Shown here in pieces: positions 42,819-51,594 of a stretch of DNA of 52,315 bases (position 1 is the first letter of the stretch; every line of letters begins with the position of its first letter). The notes below the pieces were generated by a model that saw only the letters and a list, made by a program, of their open reading frames with translations, ran no database searches and was not told the DNA's origin. This DNA is from an uncultured Mycoplasmatota bacterium (lineage in GTDB: Bacteria > Bacillota_I > Bacilli_A > RF39 > UBA660): contig CANPJT010000003.1 in NCBI GenBank assembly GCA_947574255.1, positions 1 through 52,315 on the forward strand. The letters are read 5' to 3'. A program made the translations under genes and the position numbers.

Positions 42819-45238
42819 ATAACAGAATTGTAAGTGAAATAGAAAATAAACATTTAACTGCAGTAAAATTAAATGATGGTATTGTTACTAATAAAGTTGT
42901 TGTAGGTTCTTTTGTTAAGAATAGTGGAGAAATAGAAGTAATTAACTTAAATCACCAATATGACAATTTAAAAGGGAAATATTTAGATATACAAGGATTT
43001 GGAAAATGGTACGTAAATGATTTATCGACAGATGAAGAATTTACAACCTCTAAGTTATCTTTATATGATATTTCAAATAAATTTGATGATGATTATGAAG
43101 ATACTTTTCCTTTTCCTGATACTATGGGTAATTGGGCCACATGGATTGGAAATAAAGTCGGTATTCCGTTAAAAGGAGACTTTTTGAATAGTGATTTAAT
43201 TTTAACAAAAAAACCCTATTTAGGAAGTAATCCAAAATATAGAGATGCAGTAAAAAAAATTGCATTATATGCTTCTAGTTATGCTCGTAAAAATTATGAC
43301 AATACTTATTCTATATGTTGGTTTGAAAACGACTTAACTAATATAGAAGACTGGGAAAGTTTTGTGCACGGTAATACTACAAATAGCATAAATGTTTTAG
43401 TTTTGAGTACTGGAGATACAGAAGATAATGTAAAATATCCAGAAGAAATTCCGACAAATACCAATGAACTTCGAATAGAAGATGAATGGACTGATATTGA
43501 TAGATATTCTATAAATGAAGCTATTTACAATCAAGTTAATGGTTTTTTTTATACTCCAATTTCAAAATTAAATGTTCCTTTTGGTCTTTTAGAACTAAGA
43601 GCAGGGCAAAAAATCAAAACGCAAGATATTGAACATCAAAATATTGAAACTTATATATCTAAAGTAACACTTGAGTGGCAAGGTGGAGAGTTTGATGACA
43701 CAAATGCATGGACAACATCAATTCAAATGGAAGAACTTAAAGAAACTTCTACTAAATTAGAATTTGCAGATAGTAAAAAAAATAAATTCTTACAAGTAGA
43801 ACGATTAGCCAATAAAACAGAAGGATTAATACAAGATACTATTACACAGATTGAAGGAAATAACCAAAAAATGACATCTTTAGAAATGTCGGTTAATGAA
43901 GTAAATATAAGTTTATCTAATAAAGTTGATAACCAAGAGTTAACTGGAGCCAATATAATGCTTTTAATTAATAATGATACAAGCGAAGCAAATATAAAAG
44001 CTGATAAGTTAAAATTAGAAGGATATACTACTATTAATAATGGCTTTAGTGTAGATTTAGATGGAACAGCATCAATGAATGGAGCAACTATAAAAGGTGG
44101 AAATATTGAACTAGTAGATGAAGGTAATGATAGTAATCCATCAGTTTTAATCTATGATAAAAACTCTTATACAGAAGAAAATATAACTAGAATATCTAAT
44201 AATATAAATTTAAGCGAAATGACACTGCATTTTAACAAAGAATATATAGATGAATGGTTTAACTATATTAATGGTACTAATTCAGAAATTATAGCTAGTG
44301 ATAAGTATTCTTTATATGCTAATGCTTATGATAAATATACAGAAGATGGATTGCATCATATTGGAATTATACGAGAAATAAAATTTAGCAACGGAGATAT
44401 TATTTATCAAAAATATTATAATTTAGATGATGAATGTACTATTTTGAAAGATTTGATTGAATCTTATAAATTACCTAAAGATTTTGGAATTGTTAAACGT
44501 GGGCAATATTTCGGGGATACTATATATAGTGATTTTATTTCAAAAGCTACTAAAAAAGTCATTAAAAATTATACTTCGTTTAATAGTGCAGGAGTAATAA
44601 TAGAAGATAAAGATGAAGGAATTAGCACATCTTATAGTAGCAATGGATTATATGTAAAAGATTCAGTTGGAAGCAGTTATCTTAAAAGTGATGAGATATC
44701 AATACAAAATAATTATGGTTCAGATTTTTATGAATTTGATGCAGTTAAAGATTGCTTATTGTTTCAAAGATCTGGAACGCAGTTATTAGTTGATACAAGT
44801 TCGAATGATAGAAATAACGATAATTTAATTTTTAAAATTAATGGGAATGAGTATTTAAAAGTAAGTACAGGTGGAATTGTTACAACAACTTTAATACAAA
44901 ATTCATTATTTGAAAAGAAAAAAAATATTAACAAGTTAAATAGTGTTTTAGATAAAGTTTTAGAAGCTGATATATGCGAGTTCAATTTTAAAAATGAAGA
45001 AGATGATATCAAAAAACATTTAGGGTTAGTAATTGGAAGTAATTATAATACACCTGTAGAAGTTATATCTCAAAATGGAGATGGAATAGATACTTATTCT
45101 ATGGTAGCTATGGCTTGGAAATCAATACAAGAGCTTAATAGAAAACATAGTAATAAAATTGCAGAGTTAGAACAGAGAATAAAAGAATTAGAAATAAAGG
45201 AAGTGAATCATGAAAGATGTATTAGTAAGAATATATAA
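42815..45238 (+). CDS. Tail-associated protein / fibre with a C-terminal intramolecular-chaperone (peptidase S74-like) domain
   Basis: 807 aa. The C-terminal KKNINKLNSVLDKVLEADICEFNFKNEE..HLGLVIGS..IDTYSMVAMAWKSIQELN matches the endosialidase-chaperone domain pattern. Confidence 0.6.
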   Translation: MNNRIVSEIENKHLTAVKLNDGIVTNKVVVGSFVKNSGEIEVINLNHQYDNLKGKYLDIQGFGKWYVNDLSTDEEFTTSKLSLYDISNKFDDDYEDTFPFPDTMGNWATWIGNKVGIPLKGDFLNSDLILTKKPYLGSNPKYRDAVKKIALYASSYARKNYDNTYSICWFENDLTNIEDWESFVHGNTTNSINVLVLSTGDTEDNVKYPEEIPTNTNELRIEDEWTDIDRYSINEAIYNQVNGFFYTPISKLNVPFGLLELRAGQKIKTQDIEHQNIETYISKVTLEWQGGEFDDTNAWTTSIQMEELKETSTKLEFADSKKNKFLQVERLANKTEGLIQDTITQIEGNNQKMTSLEMSVNEVNISLSNKVDNQELTGANIMLLINNDTSEANIKADKLKLEGYTTINNGFSVDLDGTASMNGATIKGGNIELVDEGNDSNPSVLIYDKNSYTEENITRISNNINLSEMTLHFNKEYIDEWFNYINGTNSEIIASDKYSLYANAYDKYTEDGLHHIGIIREIKFSNGDIIYQKYYNLDDECTILKDLIESYKLPKDFGIVKRGQYFGDTIYSDFISKATKKVIKNYTSFNSAGVIIEDKDEGISTSYSSNGLYVKDSVGSSYLKSDEISIQNNYGSDFYEFDAVKDCLLFQRSGTQLLVDTSSNDRNNDNLIFKINGNEYLKVSTGGIVTTTLIQNSLFEKKKNINKLNSVLDKVLEADICEFNFKNEEDDIKKHLGLVIGSNYNTPVEVISQNGDGIDTYSMVAMAWKSIQELNRKHSNKIAELEQRIKELEIKEVNHERCISKNI

Positions 45239-46400
45239 TAATGGTCAAGTTTTTTTACCTAATAATATATTAGGTTATGAAGGAGAACATATTGCTAGAA
45301 ATATTATTATAAAAATGGATAATTTTATAGATGGTGTAGCTATTTTAGAAATAGATCCTAAAAAAGAAGAAGTAGATAAATATTTCCTAACTATGGAAAA
45401 AAAAGAAGATGCTTATGTATTACCAATTTATGAAAGCCTATTAACTGTTCAAGAATTAGGTATGCAATTAGTAATTACTGTTGATGAAGAAATAGTTTTT
45501 AAAAGTGAAGTATTTACTTTTAAAGTGGGTAATTCTATAAACGCAAAAGACAGAGAATTTTTAGAAGAATATGCATCTTATATAACTAAAATTGAAACAA
45601 AATTAACAGAAGTTAATAATGTCATAGAAGATTTAAATAAAAAAGTAGAAAATGGTTATTTTAAAGGAGAACCTGGTCCACAAGGGCCAAAAGGCGCAGA
45701 TGGTACAATGACTTTTGAAGACTTAACAGAAGAACAAAAAGCAAGTCTTAAAGGTGAAAAAGGAGATAAAGGAGACACTGGAGAAAAAGGAGAAGCTGGT
45801 TCAATCGGACCTCAAGGAGAAAGAGGTTTGCAAGGAGAACCAGGTAAAGCTTTTACTTACGAAGATTTTACAGAAGAACAGCTAACTAATTTAAAAGGAC
45901 CAAAGGGAGATATAGGCCCAAAAGGTGCAGATGGAGAAAAGGGTCTAAAAGGAGATCCTTTTTTATATGAAGATTTCACTCCAGAGCAACTAGAAGCATT
46001 AAGAGGCCCTCAAGGTATCCAAGGAGTGCCAGGACAAGATGGTAAAGATGGAACAAATGGAATTGATGGACAAAATGGAACAGATGGGGAAGATGGAGCA
46101 ACGTTTACACCTTCAGTAGATGAAAATGGAAATCTTTCATGGACAAACGATAAAGGGTTAGAAAATCCGACTTCTGTAAATATAAAAGGACCGAAAGGTG
46201 ACAAAGGTGAACAAGGTATTCAAGGAATACAAGGACCTAAGGGAGATACTGGAGAGCAAGGACCACAAGGGTCAAAAGGTAATGATGGACAAGATGGAGT
46301 AGTGGATTATGCTCAAGTAAATGCTTATATAGATGGCAAAATAGGAGATATAAATACAATTCTTGCAACATTAACAACAGTAAGTGAGGTGTCTGAATAA
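45210..46400 (+). CDS. Collagen-like (G-X-Y) repeat tail fibre/baseplate protein
   Basis: Runs such as GEPGPQGPKGADG, GEKGDKGDTGEKGEAGSIGPQGERGLQGEPG and GPKGDKGEQGIQGIQGPKGDTGEQGPQGSKGNDGQDG. They are interrupted three times by (F/Y)EDFTxEQLxxLKG modules. Confidence 0.75.
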   Translation: MKDVLVRIYNNGQVFLPNNILGYEGEHIARNIIIKMDNFIDGVAILEIDPKKEEVDKYFLTMEKKEDAYVLPIYESLLTVQELGMQLVITVDEEIVFKSEVFTFKVGNSINAKDREFLEEYASYITKIETKLTEVNNVIEDLNKKVENGYFKGEPGPQGPKGADGTMTFEDLTEEQKASLKGEKGDKGDTGEKGEAGSIGPQGERGLQGEPGKAFTYEDFTEEQLTNLKGPKGDIGPKGADGEKGLKGDPFLYEDFTPEQLEALRGPQGIQGVPGQDGKDGTNGIDGQNGTDGEDGATFTPSVDENGNLSWTNDKGLENPTSVNIKGPKGDKGEQGIQGIQGPKGDTGEQGPQGSKGNDGQDGVVDYAQVNAYIDGKIGDINTILATLTTVSEVSE

Positions 46401-47224
46401 TGGCAACAACAGCAGAATATTTAACGCAATTACAAACTGATAAACAAAGTTTTATAACTAAATTAAGTGAAAAAGGTGTTGAAGTTACAGGGAATGAAAC
46501 TTTTACTGAATTGGTTCCAAAGTTCGATGAAATACAAGGTGGTTCTACTGGAGATGATTATTTTGTTTCTCCTATTGTTAATAAATCAACAATAACAAAA
46601 AGTATAAAAACAATACCACAACTAAATCTGAGTAATGTAAATAATATGGATAGTTTTTTTAGTGGATGTATAAATCTAATATCTATACCGCAGTTAGATA
46701 CAAGTAAGGTTACTAGCATGAATAGTACTTTTGGTGGTTGTACTAGTTTAACAACAATACCATTATTAGATACAAGTAAGATTATAAATATGCCTTTTAC
46801 ATTCCAAAATTGCACTAATTTAACATCTATACCACAATTAAATACGAGCAATGTAACTAATATTAATCAAACTTTTAGTGGTTGCACTAATTTAATAACA
46901 ATACCACAATTAAACGGAAGCAAAATAAATAATAAAAATGAAACTTTCTACCGTTGTAACAATTTAACGAATTTTGGCGGTTTAACTAATTTAGGACAAG
47001 CATACTCAACCACTCAAAGTGCAAATTATAATTATTATACATTAGATCTTAATTATTCCTCAAAATTAACACATGAAAGTTTAATGAATGCAATTAATAA
47101 TTTGTATGATATAGCAACTAAAGGTTGTAATGTTCAACAATTATATATCGGAACAACGAATAAAGCAAAACTAACAGCAGAAGAAATCAGTATTGCGACA
47201 TCCAAAGGTTGGTCTGTAAGTTAG
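46400..47224 (+). CDS. Receptor-binding protein candidate with DUF285/BspA-type leucine-rich repeats
   Basis: About four full repeats of about 23 aa plus partial units: FSGCINLISIPQLDTSKVTSMNS / TFGGCTSLTTIPLLDTSKIINMPF / TFQNCTNLTSIPQLNTSNVTNINQ / TFSGCTNLITIPQLNGSKI. Confidence 0.65.
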   Translation: MATTAEYLTQLQTDKQSFITKLSEKGVEVTGNETFTELVPKFDEIQGGSTGDDYFVSPIVNKSTITKSIKTIPQLNLSNVNNMDSFFSGCINLISIPQLDTSKVTSMNSTFGGCTSLTTIPLLDTSKIINMPFTFQNCTNLTSIPQLNTSNVTNINQTFSGCTNLITIPQLNGSKINNKNETFYRCNNLTNFGGLTNLGQAYSTTQSANYNYYTLDLNYSSKLTHESLMNAINNLYDIATKGCNVQQLYIGTTNKAKLTAEEISIATSKGWSVS

Positions 47225-47277
47225 TTGCAATTACTATTTCAATATTTTTACATTATAATTTATATAGAGGTATATTT

Positions 47278-47958
47278 ATGGAACAATGGAAATCAATAAA
47301 TTATGAATATGAAGTGAGTAATTTAGGAAATGTAAGAAGAATAAAAAATGAAAAAACAATAATAGTTAAACCCGAAATTTTAAAAAAAGGATATCTAAGA
47401 GTATCTATTTGGGAAAATGGAACAAGAAATAGAAAATTAGTACATCGCTTAGTAGCAGAAGCATTTATACCTAATCTAGAAAATAAACCACAAATAGATC
47501 ATATCAATAACATTACAAGTGATAATAGGGTTGAAAATCTTCGCTGGGCAACCAATAAAGAAAATGTACAGCATTCAGTTGAACAAGGAAGGTTTATTAC
47601 AGAAAAGAAGTTGTCTTCTTATAAAAATAAAAAAATAATAAAACAAGAAAGACAAAGATTAAAAGAAATGGGCTTTAAAAAAGGAAACGTACCACATAAT
47701 AAAGGCAAAAAAGGGTTATATAAACATACAGAAGAATGGAAAAAACAAGCTAGTTTGAGACAACAAGAATTTAATAAAATTAAACAAACATCAATAATAT
47801 GTGTAGAAACAGGAGAAGTATTTGAAAGTCAAGCTAAGGCGAGTAAAGAAAAGAAAATTAGCCAAGGAAATATTAATAGGTGTTTAAAAAAACAAAGAAA
47901 TATTGCAGGTGGATATCATTGGCAATATTATACTAAAGAAAGAGAGGAACAAATATGA
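47278..47958 (+). CDS. Free-standing HNH homing endonuclease (NUMOD4 / HNH_3 type)
   Basis: WKSINYEYEVSNLGNVRR (NUMOD4) and QIDHINNITSDNRVENLRWATNKEN (HNH). ATG 47278 follows agagg. The track start at 47209 overlaps the previous gene. Confidence 0.8.
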   Translation: MEQWKSINYEYEVSNLGNVRRIKNEKTIIVKPEILKKGYLRVSIWENGTRNRKLVHRLVAEAFIPNLENKPQIDHINNITSDNRVENLRWATNKENVQHSVEQGRFITEKKLSSYKNKKIIKQERQRLKEMGFKKGNVPHNKGKKGLYKHTEEWKKQASLRQQEFNKIKQTSIICVETGEVFESQAKASKEKKISQGNINRCLKKQRNIAGGYHWQYYTKEREEQI

Positions 47959-48185
47959 CATATTTTAATTATACAAGACCTAAAATGCTTGTAGCAGATG
48001 AGGGAAAAGTTTTAAGAGAAATAAATGATATTTATCAAGAGGAACATATTGATGAAAATGGAAATAAAATAGAAGAGCATATCCCATACAAAACTACAAC
48101 TATATTTTTACCAGATAGCATTACAGAAGAACAAGCGAGAGAAATGTATGTTGAAGAACATATTCAATTAGAAGAGGAACATTAA
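47955..48185 (+). CDS. Hypothetical protein
   Basis: 76-aa ORF. Confidence 0.45.
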   Translation: MTYFNYTRPKMLVADEGKVLREINDIYQEEHIDENGNKIEEHIPYKTTTIFLPDSITEEQAREMYVEEHIQLEEEH

Positions 48186-48187
48186 AA

Positions 48188-48547
48188 ATGGAAAACATAA
48201 ATTTAGGACAAATTTCTCAAATAGTGCTTTTTTTAAGCACTTTTTTTGGTGCTATTACAATTTTATTTAAATATATAAAAAAATGGATAAAAGAAGCTCT
48301 TAAGACTGAATTTAATGATATTAAAATAAACATTAATAATTTAAAAGAAGATATAGATTCGGTTGGAATATCAAACTGTAAGAATTTTTTAGTTAGTTGT
48401 TATGCGAAAATAGAGAATAATGGGCAATTAGACGAAACAGAAAAAGAAAGATATTTTGAAGAATATGATATATATACAAATAAGTATCATCAAAACTCCT
48501 ATATACATACTAGACATGAAAAATTAAAGAAAGAAGGTAAATTATGA
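48188..48547 (+). CDS. Holin candidate 1 (single N-terminal TM)
   Basis: ISQIVLFLSTFFGAITILF TM segment, positioned upstream of the endolysin. Confidence 0.45.
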   Translation: MENINLGQISQIVLFLSTFFGAITILFKYIKKWIKEALKTEFNDIKININNLKEDIDSVGISNCKNFLVSCYAKIENNGQLDETEKERYFEEYDIYTNKYHQNSYIHTRHEKLKKEGKL

Positions 48548-48855
48548 ACTCTTATATAGTAACTTCAATAATAGTAATAGCTATTATTTTTTTAATTTAT
48601 TTATTAATTAAAGTTAACCGAAAAGTACGTCTAAAAGCATACGAACTTTTTTTAAAAGCTGAACATGAATTTATATCTGGACATGGTGAAAATAAAATGG
48701 ATTATGTACTAGAAAATATATATTCTTATTTGCCAACAACGATAAGAATTTTTATTTCTTCCAATATGTTAAGAAGTTTAGTTCAAGAAATGTTTAATGA
48801 AATAAAAGATTTGCTTGATGATGGAAAAAGAAATAAAAGTACGAAAGGAAAATAA
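48544..48855 (+). CDS. Holin candidate 2 (single N-terminal TM)
   Basis: IVTSIIVIAIIFLIYLLI TM segment and a charged C-terminus, directly upstream of the endolysin. Confidence 0.5.
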   Translation: MNSYIVTSIIVIAIIFLIYLLIKVNRKVRLKAYELFLKAEHEFISGHGENKMDYVLENIYSYLPTTIRIFISSNMLRSLVQEMFNEIKDLLDDGKRNKSTKGK

Positions 48856-48858
48856 AAT

Positions 48859-49671
48859 ATGAGTAAAAAAACTGATTTTGTAAATATAGCATTAAAAGAG
48901 GTAGGCTATAAAGAAGGAACAAACAACAATAATAAATATGGATCATATTTTAAAATGAATAATGTAGCATGGTGTGCTTTATTTGTATCATGGTGTGCAA
49001 GACAAGCGGGTATAGGAACAGATGTCATTCCTACATATAGTGGATGTGGTACAGGATATAACTTTTTTAAGAATAAAGGAAGAATACACAATAACCCTCA
49101 AGTAGGCGATATTGTGTTTTTTAAGCCAACAATAAAAGGAGCTACAAGTAGTCATACAGGAATAGTAGTTGAAGTAACTAGTACATCAGTTATAACTGTT
49201 GAAGGAAATGCAAGTTCTAAAACAGATGGTGTATATAAGCAAACTTATAAAAAGGGATATAGTAAATTTCTAGGATTTGGACGTCCAAATTTTGGAGATG
49301 AACCCGTTATAATTACTTATCAATCCTATGATAATAAAAAGAAAAAATGGCTTCCAAATGTTAAAGTAAATACAAATGACTATGCTGGTAACTTTAATAA
49401 TGCTATTAGTGCAATTTATATCGATAATTTAAAGTATAGAGTACATGACAAAGTAAAAGGTTATTGGCTTCCATTTGTAACAGGAAGAAAAGATTATGCT
49501 GGTAATTTGGGACATGCAATAGATGGTATTCAAATTGAAAATGCAACTTATAGAGTTCATATTAAAAATGGTTCTTGGTTAAGCTGGGTGTCTAAAGTGG
49601 ACAATACAGCAAATGGGTATGCTGGTATATATGGAAAAGAGATAGATGCAATACAAATAAAGATAGGATAA
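48859..49671 (+). CDS. Endolysin: N-terminal CHAP domain plus three ChW-like cell-wall-binding repeats
   Basis: NVAWCALFVSWC (catalytic Cys context), GDIVFF, SHTGIVVEV and TVEGN. Three C-terminal repeats read DYAGNxxxAIxxIxIxNxxYRVH. Confidence 0.8.
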   Translation: MSKKTDFVNIALKEVGYKEGTNNNNKYGSYFKMNNVAWCALFVSWCARQAGIGTDVIPTYSGCGTGYNFFKNKGRIHNNPQVGDIVFFKPTIKGATSSHTGIVVEVTSTSVITVEGNASSKTDGVYKQTYKKGYSKFLGFGRPNFGDEPVIITYQSYDNKKKKWLPNVKVNTNDYAGNFNNAISAIYIDNLKYRVHDKVKGYWLPFVTGRKDYAGNLGHAIDGIQIENATYRVHIKNGSWLSWVSKVDNTANGYAGIYGKEIDAIQIKIG

Positions 49672-49710
49672 ACTCAATAAGAGGTTATCCTTCTTTTTTT
49701 ATGTAATAAA

Positions 49711-50097
49711 TTATAATTCGTAAAATTCATATACTTTTTGTTCAATGGTATCAATTAAACTTAAAAAATTATCAATTTGTTTTTTTGTTAATTTTTTAGA
49801 ACGTTCTTCTATTGCCTCTCTAGCATTATGAAAATAATTATTCCATTTTAATTGGTTAATAGAAAATGATTCTAATAGCTGTTTTGTAAAAAACTCTTTT
49901 TGATTAACATTAGGTATTTTAAAATTAGATAAATAATCATATTCAGTTTTAAATCTAATACAATAATTTTTGTATATAAAATTATTAGTAAATTTATATT
50001 CCAATCTTTCTAAATCGATAGCAATCTGTTCAGCTTTATTAATCCATTTTTTATTAACTCTTTGTAAATTTCCAGTAGGCTTTTTTCGTATCCACAT
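49711..50097 (-). CDS. Hypothetical protein (accessory region, opposite strand)
   Basis: 128-aa ORF with no motif recognised. Confidence 0.45.
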   Translation of the reverse strand: MWIRKKPTGNLQRVNKKWINKAEQIAIDLERLEYKFTNNFIYKNYCIRFKTEYDYLSNFKIPNVNQKEFFTKQLLESFSINQLKWNNYFHNAREAIEERSKKLTKKQIDNFLSLIDTIEQKVYEFYEL

Positions 50098-50156
50098 ATT
50101 TATTCTCCCTTTATTTTAATAATATCACATAATTCGACAAATATTTTAAAAATAAT

Positions 50157-50375
50157 GTGATATTTTGTTTGCAAGGGGGAATTTTTTTGTATAAAAAATT
50201 AAATGAAAAAGAATTAAATGATTTTGTAGAAAGGTATTTTAAAGAATGGAAAGATGACATAATAGAAGTAACTTGTTTTGAATATAATGACTTTAAAAGT
50301 TACTTAGTGAATCAACATTATATTTTAGCAATTTACAAAGATAGAGTAGAAACGTTAGATTTACAATTTATATAA
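50157..50375 (+). CDS. Hypothetical small protein
   Basis: 72-aa ORF (GTG start; an internal TTG is possible), followed by a clean terminator. Confidence 0.4.
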   Translation: MIFCLQGGIFLYKKLNEKELNDFVERYFKEWKDDIIEVTCFEYNDFKSYLVNQHYILAIYKDRVETLDLQFI

Positions 50376-50381
50376 AATAAT

Positions 50382-50404
50382 CCTAGAAATATCTAGGCTT
50401 TTTT
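50382..50404 (+). terminator. Rho-independent terminator
   Basis: cctaga-aata-tctagg followed by c and tttttt. Confidence 0.75.
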
Positions 50405-50463
50405 AATACTTATAATTTAAAAAAATTAATATATATTAATAAACAAGTGAGGTGAAAATTTTC

Positions 50464-50491
50464 TTGACAACAATTAAAAAAATAGTACAAT
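50464..50491 (+). promoter_or_regulatory. Sigma-A promoter (TTGACA-N16-TACAAT) of the PanA-like operon
   Basis: ttgaca at 50464-50469 and tacaat at 50486-50491. It lies inside the track ORF that starts at 50452, so that start is unlikely. Confidence 0.65.
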
Positions 50492-50556
50492 ATTTTCACG
50501 ACTTATGGTATTCTATATTTAGAATAAAGAAGATAGATGAGGTTAGAGGTTTAAAA

Positions 50557-51066
50557 ATGAAAAAGATGGGAAAAGAGGATAGAAAAGGAATTTTAAATAC
50601 AAAAGACTTTGCATGTTATATAAAAACTAGATATAAAGAAAAGTATATTAATGACATTTCACCAATAAAATTGCAAAAATCATTATATTTTTGTTTCGCA
50701 CATTGGGGTGGATTTGTAAATAAAAGCAAAAATACAGAAGAAGAAATAAATCAAAGTCCATATTTGTTTGATGAAACATTTAAAGCCTGGTCATATGGTC
50801 CAGTTGTACCTAATATATATCATGAAGAGCAAGAGGGGAATTTAACTAAAAAAGTAACAGAAGACGAAATATTTGGGAACAATCATATTTTAAAAGAAAC
50901 AATTAATTCTTTGCTTGACGACTTATTTGAAATAAGTGACTTTAAATTAGTTAATTTATCTCATGCAGATAAATGTTGGCAAAATAACTTTGATCCAAAT
51001 GCGAAAAAACATGAAAAAAAGATAGATTGTAAAGATATTATTTATGAATATTCATACAAATACTAG
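50557..51066 (+). CDS. Panacea-domain (DUF4065, SocA/PanA-like) antitoxin candidate
   Basis: ISPIKLQKSLYFCFAHWGG..FKAWSYGPVVPNIY matches the DUF4065 core (KLQKLLYf..W.yGPV.p.vY). ATG 50557 follows gaggttagagg. Confidence 0.65.
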   Translation: MKKMGKEDRKGILNTKDFACYIKTRYKEKYINDISPIKLQKSLYFCFAHWGGFVNKSKNTEEEINQSPYLFDETFKAWSYGPVVPNIYHEEQEGNLTKKVTEDEIFGNNHILKETINSLLDDLFEISDFKLVNLSHADKCWQNNFDPNAKKHEKKIDCKDIIYEYSYKY

Positions 51067-51586
51067 TAATGTTTTTAATTCTATAACAGGAAATAATAAT
51101 GGCAATATTTTTGGTAATAAGAATTTAAATATAGTATTTAAAAAAGGTATTCGTTCTATTAATTTATCTAATCATAATTTTATTAATTATTTTTATGAAT
51201 TTGAAAAAGATTATATAAATTTTGCAAAAAAAGAATTTAAAAGATTGAAAAATGGAAGTATTGATATTTTAGAAGAATATAATGATAAACCAATTGGTAT
51301 GAACAAAAAAATAAAAGCTAGGCTTACTGATATTCATTATGAAACATATTTTTATAATTTTAAACTTCCTTTTTTGAAAAGAATTACTAAAATTGGGAAT
51401 GAAAGATTTCAATTATACTATTATCAAATTGATAGTAATAACATCGAAATAATATTTATAGATTTATACCATTTACTTATTCCTGCCGCGGATAAAGGAC
51501 ATAAAGAAAAAAAAGCAAATCCTAAAAAGACTTATGAAGATTACGCAAATAAAGGAGCAGATATAGACATTAAAGATTTAATTTAA
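51044..51586 (+). CDS. Uncharacterised 180-aa protein translationally coupled to the PanA-like gene (toxin candidate)
   Basis: Its ATG overlaps the upstream gene by 23 nt. Asn-rich N-terminus. The C-terminal RFQLYYYQIDSNNIEIIFIDLYHLLIP strand pattern is only reminiscent of RelE/ParE-fold toxins. Confidence 0.5.
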   Translation: MNIHTNTSNVFNSITGNNNGNIFGNKNLNIVFKKGIRSINLSNHNFINYFYEFEKDYINFAKKEFKRLKNGSIDILEEYNDKPIGMNKKIKARLTDIHYETYFYNFKLPFLKRITKIGNERFQLYYYQIDSNNIEIIFIDLYHLLIPAADKGHKEKKANPKKTYEDYANKGADIDIKDLI

Positions 51587-51594
51587 ATGTCTTT

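Noticed and set aside
45650-46300. Collagen-like repeats as a diversity-generating retroelement target or as a tandem-repeat artefact.
   Set aside because: No reverse transcriptase or template repeat is present in the window. The repeats are in frame and typical of phage collagen-like fibres.
34755-49091. Short minus-strand ORFs scattered through the structural and lysis genes: 34755, 35296, 35776, 38449, 40685, 41339, 42020, 42386, 43723, 44764, 46010, 46558 and 48906.
   Set aside because: Each overlaps a long plus-strand structural or lysis gene, except 34755..34955, which lies mostly in the 34833-35005 intergenic gap. None has a credible RBS or motif.
50452-50556. GTG 50452 as the start of the PanA-like gene.
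   Set aside because: A near-consensus promoter (50464-50491) lies inside this extension. A well-spaced RBS precedes ATG 50557.
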